Assembly (NCBI RefSeq): GCF_006345805.1
Contig: NC_043010.1
Coordinates: 60,264,001-60,328,000, forward strand
Direction: 5' to 3'
From: Octopus sinensis
Lineage: Eukaryota
Length of the DNA: 64,000 nt
A program made the position numbers and the translations under genes. The notes beneath the pieces are model-generated. The model had not been told where the DNA came from and searched no databases. It was given only the letters and a program-made list of their open reading frames with translations. Within the stretch, counting starts at the first letter, position 1. The number at the start of each line of letters is the position of its first letter. Of this stretch, positions 53,921 through 64,000 are shown one piece after another.

Positions 53921-54511
53921 GTATGTAGCCATAAATTTATTTTTCAAAATGTGTTTTTACTGCTTTTACATTATACCTATTCATTTCAGATCATCATACA
54001 GTAACAGTTAAATATATTTTGAATATTTGTCAAATTTTGTTTATAAATCCTTGAATGAAATCTGTAAAATCTACACTTTTGACTGATGTACACATCTTAA
54101 GCTAAGTTTTATATTTCCCTTTTTATCAAAAAGTCAGAAAGTTTAGATGGTAATCAGGTGTTGAAAACCCATTTATAGCATGAATGTTATTTTCTTGTTC
54201 ATAGTCATTTCTAGCATGGATATGATTCCTGTGGGCAAACATTTAACCTGGCATACCTTGGAAACCATAATTTTCTGCTGTTTTCTTTTCTTTTTAGGAA
54301 ATGATTTTGTGATATTAGGATTCTGTAATGTTACTATTTTCATTATATTCACTTCTGATTTACCACAATGGCTTTCAGCTGTTTTCTGTATCAAGCTTTA
54401 ATACAGTTATATTATTATATAATTTCATAACCTTTTAAACTTAAGCATTTTATATTCCCTTCTTGATGTTTCCTTCACTGCATTTCTCATTTTTAATAAT
54501 TGAACAGACAA

Positions 54512-54725
54512 AGGGCAGTGAGCTGGCAGAAATGTTAGCACACTGGGTGAAATGCTTAACAGTATTTCACCTGTCTTTACGTTCTGAGTTCAAATGCCAC
54601 CAAGGTCGACTTTACCTTTCATCCTTTTGGGGACAATAAATTAAGTACCAGTTGTGTACTGAGGTCAATCTAATTGGCTGGCCCCCTCCCCCCAAATTTC
54701 GGGCCTCGTGCCTAGGGTAGAAAAG
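54512..54725 (+). mobile_element. SINE with a 17 bp target site duplication
   Basis: aataattgaacagacaa at 54495-54511 and 54726-54742. Confidence 0.9.
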
Positions 54726-55420
54726 AATAATTGAACAGACAATAACAGTAATACATACACATAACTAAAAAGAAAATTTCTCAACATTCAGAAGTTATTA
54801 CTTTTAAATTTTGAGAACTAATTTTTGATATCAGCAAATTAAAAATACTATAAACATTCTAGGGAGTACTGCCATAATTTTATAAAACTGACCTGCAGAA
54901 TTTTTAAGCAAAATCAATTTAATGTTCATATATACAGCAACACTGCTGTCTATTTTGTATACCATAGTATGTTAAGGTCCACAGACATAGGTATAATATA
55001 TCAGCAGCTCTGGATTTGTTGGTCACACCTAGTTATACAACCAACTATGCTGAATCAATAATGAAGCCCCAATCGATTCCTCAGTCTACTTGAAACAATA
55101 CTCAAATTTCCTTTAAATCTTTCCTACTATCTTTAAAAAGAAGTATACATTATTAATGTCATCCTACCTCACAATCAAAAACAAAAACTCAGAGTAATCA
55201 TGGCTGGAATGCCCCTTACTATAAACATACAACTGTCATAAGCTTGGACTACCAATACTACAAAAAAGGTTATTAAAGTAAATTTCCCAATTCCCATGAG
55301 AATATTCCAACTAGTTTTCTTCTAAGATGTAAAATAGAATTCATAGAAATATCATGCACCCTAATCTCTCAAATATGCATCTAATCCATGTTGTTTTTAT
55401 AATGGCTTTATAATAAAAAG

Positions 55421-55553
55421 GTTTCAGGTGGATCTTGTGATCAAATTGACAACACCAGTATTGTGACATCAAACAACCTAAGTGATACATTGCCATCTCA
55501 AAGAGATTGCAAACATGGATGGAATGAAGCTGATGTTAAACATCAGACATCAG
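55421..55553 (+). CDS. Pcdh: Protocadherin C, first cytoplasmic exon (5' boundary uncertain)
   Basis: VSGGSCDQIDNTSIVTSNNLSDTLPSQRDCKHGWNEADVKHQTS g|gtaaat; the homologous acceptor reads GG (55404-55405), next in-frame AG at 55419-55420. Confidence 0.75.
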
Positions 55554-55924
55554 GTAAATTACCTATTATCAACAATCGTGTATATTGATTTTGTATAAAC
55601 TTACTGGTACAATTACATCATATTTATAAATGAAACATTTTTTTTTTGTAATATAAGAGGTTTATATCAAATACTCAGGAGTGTATAATACTGTATTTAA
55701 AGTTTATAGAACACATAAACATATTATTTCAATTATGGCAGGTTTATTCTTGAACTGCCATTTGCTATTAACCTAAACCCAAACCTTATGCTTATGAAAT
55801 ACAGGCTGATTTTTTGGAACACATTTTTAAAAAGTGACCTGATAAGCAACTGAATATGGTATTTGAAAAGAATTTCTATACCAAGGTTAAAACACATGCA
55901 AAATTGACATATCAACTGTAGCAG

Positions 55925-56300
55925 TGTTGTTTTAACATCCACTTTTCCATGCTTACATGGGTTAGATGGAATTTGTTGAGGTAGAATTACTATACTCAGA
56001 TGCCCTTCTTGTCACCAACTCTCAACTGATTCTGGGCAAGATCATATTTCCCCATGATCAGACATGTTTTCGAGGAAGACTGGAAGCAAAGAAAAGTGTT
56101 TGAAGGATAACACTTGTTTACATCTATCCCTGCCCACCACACAAAAACATGTACAAGGGGCTTGTTTCTGTCGACCAAATCCACTCACATGCCTTTAGTT
56201 ATCCCAAGGTTGTTTTAGAAGATACTTTCCCAAGATGCTAAGCAGTGGGCCTGAGCCCAGCTCCATGTGGTTGGGAAGCAAGCTTCTTTACTGCAGATCC
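55925..56300 (-). mobile_element. Degenerate SINE
   Basis: tttaacatccacttttccatgcttacatgggttagatgg tail and atgtggttgggaagcaagcttctta head match other copies in the window. Confidence 0.7.
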
Positions 56301-56384
56301 ATTTATCTATGATAAATATAAATTGCAAGTAAACACAATATCATAAGAAAATTATAATATATTCATGTTTTTCTCTATTTTCAG

Positions 56385-56473
56385 AATACAGTAACTATAC
56401 ACCAAACATACCTCCAATACCAAAAGGTGAACATGAACAAGACACATATCTTGAACCAGTATATAAGCAGTAA
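56385..56473 (+). CDS. Pcdh: Protocadherin C, last coding exon
   Basis: ctctattttcag|(E)YSNYTPNIPPIPKGEHEQDTYLEPVYKQ*. Confidence 0.88.
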
Positions 56474-57295
56474 ATATGTATAACCAGTAAACACAATATT
56501 AACATGACTCCAAATATTGCAGAAATAATGAAATTTCTCTGGGGTTTTATCATCAGAACTTAATCAGAACATTTAATTAGCAAATACAGAATAACATATA
56601 GAATCAGGTAATTAATGCATATATATATGTGTGTGTGTGTGTGTGTAAACAAATGGGATAATTCAAATTCAAAATGCATGATGATGAAACTGATTATTTT
56701 GGTTACACATTAGGCCAAAATCATGTATTGTATTAGAGGTGCTGCTAGTGAAAGGAGTTTAAGTTTCATATAGTCTGCAGGCTGAAAATATAAGAACGTC
56801 ATATTAGAAAACACTTGCTTCACTAATCTACAATTTTGTCACCATCTATTGTATTTTCAAATAATATACGATTTTAAAAATTAAAATACGAGTTGATATT
56901 TTCGAATTATAAAAATTATCTTTAAATTATAAAATTATCAATAACTTAGAAAAATTATAAAACATTTAGAATTCAATCTAAATGAATACTTTATGCCATA
57001 ATCCACTGTCACATATGTTGTGATATTGCTACTGAGGATAGAAGTTAATATTCACATATTGTAATAATCATTGCATGAACATGAGCATGTGTGTGCCCGT
57101 ATGTTAGTGTGTTGTAAACATTCATGTACAAGAGCAAATCTACTATATATATGTATATATTACTGTATATTAAAAATACTTACTGCAAAATTCATTATTA
57201 AATGCTTTAATCATTGTTTAAAGTGCATAAATTTAAATAGATACAATAAGAATAGATAAAAAAAAAGTATTTCAAACTGTAATTGGCTCCCTCTA

Positions 57296-57418
57296 TGACT
57301 CACAAATCTATTCCGTACAGATACTGTCATTGTCAAACTACTACAGCAGCAGTTACACAGGAATACTACAAAAGAACAAATGCCTGTTATAAGAATCACA
57401 AAAGATTGAATAATTTTG
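57296..57418 (+). promoter_or_regulatory. Putative promoter (AP-1 site) and non-coding exon 1 of protocadherin D
   Basis: ctaTGACTCACAAatct at 57296, ctactacagcagcagttacacaggaa near 57351, donor g|gtaagt at 57419. Confidence 0.7.
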
Positions 57419-58055
57419 GTAAGTCACTTTGCATTGCAATTTTTCATTTAATATTTTTTTTATATATATATTTCAGCACTAATATATGAGAAATAGACAA
57501 TAAATAATACTATGTTTAATGGTAATATAACACAGAGAGGAAACTGGGAAGCTATAGAACTATGTAGCCATTACTAAGAGCAGTGGTGTAGTTACTTTAA
57601 AACAGATATTTTTGACTGCTACTGTTCTGCAAATACTGATCTGTGACTTGATTATATTTATCACATAATTTCATATATATTGTTATAATTCACATATAAC
57701 ATCATTTAATAAATTAGTTTAAACAGGGAATGCTTTTGGTATAATTATTGTTTATCAGCCACTGAAGAAGTATTTTGGAAACCGATTTCCATAGCATATA
57801 TATAGACTGCTAGTACATAATTCAAATTTCAAGATATTGAGTAATATAATTTCTTATATCATTAAATTTTTCTGTGAATATAATTATAGCCTTGAATATG
57901 AGTCTTTATTTCATCTTTCATTTATTTCATCAGCAGTGATAATCAGATATTCATACTTTAAATCTAAAGTGTTATTCACTACTAGTAATTTCTATCATTC
58001 TTAAAAAATATTAACATCATTTGCATTCCTTTTCATCTTTTCTCTCTCTATCTCT

Positions 58056-58103
<48 letters not shown>

Positions 58104-58217
58104 ATGGTGTCATTGAGACCCAAGAATGTCAGGTAATGCTGAATAAGTGCTATAGACAGACGATAGTTAAGTTCCAGATTCGGTAATATTGTGAATAAAG
58201 GGTTCAACGTCAGTGTG

Positions 58218-58360
58218 TATATATAAGACTTTTTTGTGTAATAAGAAAAAAAACGAAGGCTGTATAGATATTAGAGCATTTATATAGATGGAAGGTCTAT
58301 CTATAAATGCTCTAATATCTATACAGCCTTGGTTTTTTATCTTATTACACAAAACATTCT

Positions 58361-58367
<7 letters not shown>
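58218..58367. repeat. Foldback hairpin (~70 bp arms, ~7 nt loop)
   Basis: aaggctgtatagatattagagcatttata pairs with tataaatgctctaatatctatacagcctt. Confidence 0.9.
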
Positions 58368-58391
<24 letters not shown>

Positions 58392-58650
58392 AATATAAGA
58401 GAGTGGTCACTATATGGCTCACTCTAGCACCAGTTAATCCAATAGGTTTCAACCACAAAAATACATGTTTCCCATGAAAGTCAGTACGATTGTTAGCTCC
58501 AGGTTTCTCGGAGCACTAGGCCACTTGGTGTAGAATAGATATACTATTAAATTAGTATCTAATTCTCTCACCCTTATTAATTAATTATATATATATATAT
58601 ATATATCATCATCATCGTTTAACGTCCGTTCTCCATGCTAGCATGGGTTG

Positions 58651-58693
<43 letters not shown>

Positions 58694-59048
58694 CATACAT
58701 ACATACATACATACATACATACATACTTACATACATATATAATGTACAGCACAAAAAAAATATTTTAAAAACTGCACTTTGCACTGTTAATATAACCAGG
58801 GAACCATCTAACTTTAGATATCCTTCGAGAAACATATCCAAACAAAACAATAAAAAGACAAGTACATGACAATATGTTTTGCTTATATTTTGTCACTTTT
58901 GTTTTGTTCACTATTATAAATAGATTCAAGTTTCTTTATTTTCATCTTTAGTTAAATGACAACATTCATTTATAATGCATATTTACTATTAACCTGTGTC
59001 TGTTTTTTTAAATGTTGATGATTTTATGTATACATATACATATATACA

Positions 59049-59577
<529 letters not shown>

Positions 59578-60021
59578 ATACTCATACACACACACACACG
59601 CACATATATATGAAGTAATAAAAATAATAATCCTTGGATGGAATCATGAATATTTTGATGTATTACTACATGCATTTCCACAAATTACATTTTTCTTAAG
59701 ATCATAATCTGTATTCCTGGGATGATCACCCAGTGTTCATGGATACTATGGACTGCACTGTAATCATTCCAGGAACATGGACTAAGTCTTAAGAAACATG
59801 TCATTTGTGGAAACACATAACAATGCATTAAAATAGTTATAAATTCCATCCAAGGATTATTATTGTTATTACTATATTTATCCTACAGTAAATCGACACA
59901 GCTTTATGCAACTCTGAAAAACTGGTATCACCAGTCAACATTATTAGGCTGTAGCCAGCATAATAAAATAGGAGCTTTTTATATACATATTCAAAATGGT
60001 TTCTGTAAACAAACTTTAAGG

Positions 60022-60068
<47 letters not shown>

Positions 60069-60789
60069 GGTAGTGTTTATCCCCACTTTAACGTGGCTAT
60101 TCTGTAAGAGATGATGAACTGCAATTTTAAGCCCAGGAAGATATCCCTTCCAGCTCATTTATTGAATGTCACACACACGTGCACACAAACAAACAAGCAC
60201 AGAAAAGCAATACTCTGCAAAAAAAAGCATAGAGCTATCTGCGAAACAAAGTAAGGAGTTTGAAGGGTAGAATCCCCTCCCAGAAAAAATGGATTGCATT
60301 AAAATTTTACATGTATATACGTAAAATTATAAAATGTACATACAAATATACATGTATATGCATAAAATTTTATCTCAATCTTGTTTTCTGAGAGGGGCTT
60401 CTGCTCCTCAAACTCCTTACTTCATTTCTTACATATCTTTATGGTTTTTTGGATGGCAGTACTTTTGTGTGCATGTATATATATATATATATATACAAAA
60501 TCTGTGGAAAAAGACAAAGAGTAGCAAATTGAGGTCATTAATTTGTGGGGAGAGAATGGGGAGGAAATGAACCAGGTGCCAGGGTGTGGCTAAGATTTTT
60601 AGTAGTGAATGGAATTGGTAGTATGATGTGTGTGTATATATATGAATAATTATAAACTTTTTTAAAAAGAAGCATAATTTCAAAAAGATCTCTAATTATG
60701 AATTATCATTACTTTATTGCTACTGGATCAGTAAAACTGAGGAATTTAATGTTGAAGTGCAAAATTACATATTGTAAAGCACCTGGATT

Positions 60790-61100
60790 ATATTTTTAGT
60801 ATTTGTGAAAATTTCACTTTGTTGAGCTTCATAATGTGCCATAACTATAGTTTACTGAATTATTTCTCACATATAGAGAACACTGCAACAAAATTGTATC
60901 CATAACTTATTACTCAATGGTCACCAAAGTTCAATAGACATTTAAAAAAAAAATCTATGAATTAGTATAGGATTTTTTTTTAATATTTGCTGAAAATTTT
61001 AGAAGCACCTACAGCAATGCTGGCTGTAGCTGTTTTAGGTGTTTCTCACATATAGAGAACACTGCAACCGTATAAGGAAACATGCTCTAGATTCAACTAT
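60790..61100. repeat. Diverged ~180 bp tandem duplication
   Basis: tttctcacatatagagaacactgcaac occurs at ~60864 and ~61042 with similar flanks. Confidence 0.7.
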
Positions 61101-61520
61101 GAATCCCAAAGAGATATTGCAATGTGTACAAAATAATTTTTCATGTCAGACAGAAGTTTTGTATTTTCAAGCGCTAAACCAACATGTAGCTGCCATAAGG
61201 TTGATTGACTACAACCATACTATATGTTTTTGGCTAAAGCTTTAGATGTTCATTTTATATTTTAGCGAATAATTTATTATGTTAAATCAGAATTATTTTC
61301 ATTGAGGAAAAAAATAGTGAAAACCAGCACAAACTCAGTCAGTTATCATTATTTCATTACGTAACTACTCATCAATTTCAAATAAAAACTGTGTAATACA
61401 GAGTCGCATTATTTTGAAGACGATTCCAAAATTTTAATAGAAATGTTCAATTGGTTTCACCGACTTTAGAATCCATTCTATCGCTGATCATCTTAAAAGA
61501 AATATACGAAAACTGAGGAG

Positions 61521-61532
61521 GGGGAACAACTC
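61521..61532 (+). promoter_or_regulatory. GGGRRRYAACTC motif in intron 1 of gene D
   Basis: ggggaacaactc in a CpG-retaining patch; function inferred only. Confidence 0.35.
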
Positions 61533-61884
61533 TAATGTTTTTCAAGATCCTTAGCGTTATTTAATCTTGTAGATTATCTGATAAAATATCTATTGCAATA
61601 ACTATTAACTTATTTTCATTTAGATAACAACCTCCAAGCATGTATAAAGTTTTTACTTCAAGATATTACCTCAAGTCTTAATTTTTATAAACTATATCAA
61701 ATATTTCAGGATGTCACAAATGCTTCAAGATAATAACTGGATAAATTAAATGCATTTGGCTTTTAAAGAAACATGTATTTTGCATATATAAAACCTTTTA
61801 TATATATAAAACTGATGAAATCAAATATATGTAGCATTAATTCAAAATGATTTTTCTTTTTTAGAACAATATTCATGACAAATA

Positions 61885-64000
61885 ATGAATTACAACAATG
61901 ATTATAATCAACACATAAAATTTTACTTTCTCTATGGATTGATGTATACTGTAGTTTCTATAGACATTACTTACTATGTCAAGGAAGAAGATAGTCCTCA
62001 CACCTATATAGGAGACATTTCCGTTGACTCCAACTTATCACACCCTCTCACACATCAACAACACACTCTCATTACATTTACACAACTACAAAGGACAGTC
62101 GAGAGTGGTTCTCATTTATTTAATGTCACCAACTCAGGAAAACTATACACTACTCAAACACTGGATGCTGAGTCTCTGTGTACATACAACAAGGAATGTT
62201 CCAGAATAGTTAAGGTGGCAGTGAGGAAAGCAGGAACATTTATAAAGATATTGAAGATAAAAATAATTATAGAAGATATTAATGACCACCAGCCAGAGTT
62301 TCCTCAAAAGCAAATAAAATTACAGTTTGATGAATATTACAGCAAAGGAACTGCAAAATCAATACCAAATGCTGTTGATAAAGACATTAGTCTTCCAAAT
62401 TCTAAGATAATATATAAACTCAAAGATAAAAGCAAAACATTCTCACTCTCCATATTTAAAGAATCTGATGGAATAAGTTTACTTAAAATAATTCTAGAAG
62501 GAATGTTAGATAGAGAATTAAAAGACACTTATATGTTACAGTTGATGGCTAGAGATGGAGGTTCTCCACCAAAAGAAGGTATTCTGGACATTGAAATATC
62601 TGTTATTGATGTCAATGATAACAGACCTACGTTTACACAAAAATTATATAATACCACCATCAGTGATACACATCATATATCTTCTCCTGTTTTTGTTTTA
62701 TCAGCAACAGATTTAGATTCTGGTCAAAATGGAAATATTAATTATTTTTTACATAGAAATACAAATGAATATGATAAAAAGTATTTCAAATTAAATCATA
62801 AATCTGGAGAAATCTTCATCAATGATAATTTCTTTAGAAATAAGGAAAGTAAATACCAGTTATATGTTGGAGCTAGGGATGGCGGAAATCCTTCATTAAG
62901 CTCCATGTCAACGTTGATTATAAATGTAATTAACAATCAAAATAATGTGCCATCTATAAATATAGATTTTGTATCACCTTTAACAAAGACTTCTACTGCT
63001 ATCTCAGAAGCAAGTAAAATTGGAAGTTTTATAGCTTATGTTATGGTCACTGACACTGATAGAGGACCTAATGGACAAATTAAATGTAATATTCACCATA
63101 AAATGTTCCAGCTTTCTAATATGGGTTCTAAAGAATATAAAATATTGGTGAAAGAACCTCTGGACAGAGAAACTATAGACCATTATGTTGTTTCTATTGT
63201 ATGTCATGACATGGGATCACCTCCATTAAAGACTAAGAAACAGTTCTCTGTCAAAGTAACTGATGTCAATGATGTAGAACCACATTTTACCAAAGAGACA
63301 TTCCAATTCCTCACCTATGAAAACCAGAAAGTTGACTTCCCTATTGGCTTCATCAATGCTACAGACCCTGATCTTGGAGATGGAGGCCAACTTACATATT
63401 CTATCATCAATGATAACAACAATGATAACATTCCTTTCCAACTGACAAAATATGGATTTATTTCTACATCACAACCAATAGATCGAGAAGTGAAAGACAT
63501 CTATAATTTACAGGTTTTAGTCAAAGATAATGGAACACCTTCTCTGAATAACACTGCCAACATTCTTATAGAGATTCTAGATAAAAATGATAATGCTCCG
63601 TATTTTACACTTCCTAATAATGACCCTTACAATCTAGATGTCCACTACCATCCACACAGTAAGAAGGACATCACAATTTTGAAAGCATCTGACAAAGACA
63701 CTGGAAACAATGCTTTCCTCACATATGGAATACTGAGATCCAATGATAAAAACCTGTTTACAGTGAACTCACACACTGGTGTGTTATCTTTCTCTCGCAC
63801 AGTCTACCAAAATGATGCAGGAACATATGAGCTGCAGTTTATAGTGAAAGACGGTGGTACTCCAGTTCAATCAGCAACAACTGCTATCATACTAACACTG
63901 TTTGTTAGTAACGATACATCTCCAATGTTGACTGCTATCCACTCACAGTCTGATAACAACCTGGATATGACTTGGATAATTATCATTGTAGCAGCAGCTG
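61885..64000 (+). CDS. Pcdh: Protocadherin D, large coding exon, 3'-truncated by the window edge (absent from the ORF track)
   Basis: Manual translation from ATG 61885: MNYNNDYNQHIKFYFLYGLMYTVVSIDITYYVKEEDSPHTYIGDI... open through EC1-EC6 to DMTWIIIIVAAA; acceptor ttttag at 61864. Confidence 0.9.
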   Translation, partial: MNYNNDYNQHIKFYFLYGLMYTVVSIDITYYVKEEDSPHTYIGDISVDSNLSHPLTHQQHTLITFTQLQRTVESGSHLFNVTNSGKLYTTQTLDAESLCTYNKECSRIVKVAVRKAGTFIKILKIKIIIEDINDHQPEFPQKQIKLQFDEYYSKGTAKSIPNAVDKDISLPNSKIIYKLKDKSKTFSLSIFKESDGISLLKIILEGMLDRELKDTYMLQLMARDGGSPPKEGILDIEISVIDVNDNRPTFTQKLYNTTISDTHHISSPVFVLSATDLDSGQNGNINYFLHRNTNEYDKKYFKLNHKSGEIFINDNFFRNKESKYQLYVGARDGGNPSLSSMSTLIINVINNQNNVPSINIDFVSPLTKTSTAISEASKIGSFIAYVMVTDTDRGPNGQIKCNIHHKMFQLSNMGSKEYKILVKEPLDRETIDHYVVSIVCHDMGSPPLKTKKQFSVKVTDVNDVEPHFTKETFQFLTYENQKVDFPIGFINATDPDLGDGGQLTYSIINDNNNDNIPFQLTKYGFISTSQPIDREVKDIYNLQVLVKDNGTPSLNNTANILIEILDKNDNAPYFTLPNNDPYNLDVHYHPHSKKDITILKASDKDTGNNAFLTYGILRSNDKNLFTVNSHTGVLSFSRTVYQNDAGTYELQFIVKDGGTPVQSATTAIILTLFVSNDTSPMLTAIHSQSDNNLDMTWIIIIVAAA

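Noticed and set aside
53921-54004. Hydrophobic C-terminal extension of the 827 aa ORF resembling a second TM segment
   Set aside because: Lies after the conserved splice donor and has no counterpart in A or B; intron read-through

Overview
AT-rich, repeat-dense animal genomic DNA. The SINE/LINE/Penelope content and the protocadherin sequences point to a coleoid cephalopod, most likely an octopus (inferred). From about 19 kb to the window end lies a head-to-tail tandem array of + strand protocadherin genes with a period of roughly 10-12 kb: one decayed pseudogene, three complete genes (A, B, C) and a fourth (D) that runs off the window and is missing from the ORF track. Reading the sequence shows that each gene is a self-contained four-exon unit. 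It has a putative promoter with an invariant TGACTCACAA (AP-1) site plus a short non-coding first exon, and a first intron carrying one same-orientation GGGRRRYAACTC motif. A ~2.4 kb exon encodes the signal peptide, EC1-EC6, the transmembrane helix and the proximal tail, and two small private exons encode the rest of the cytoplasmic tail. EC4-EC6 are nearly identical across all copies, including the pseudogene, while EC1-EC3 are patchwork mosaics, which suggests segmental gene conversion. The EC3-EC4 linker lacks its calcium-binding residues. The first 19 kb and the introns hold RTE, CR1/L2, R4-like, Penelope, Helitron, mariner, pogo and SINE remnants, several long foldback hairpins, and degenerate hammerhead ribozyme motifs. 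All alignments and coordinates were worked out by eye, so repeat boundaries are approximate.
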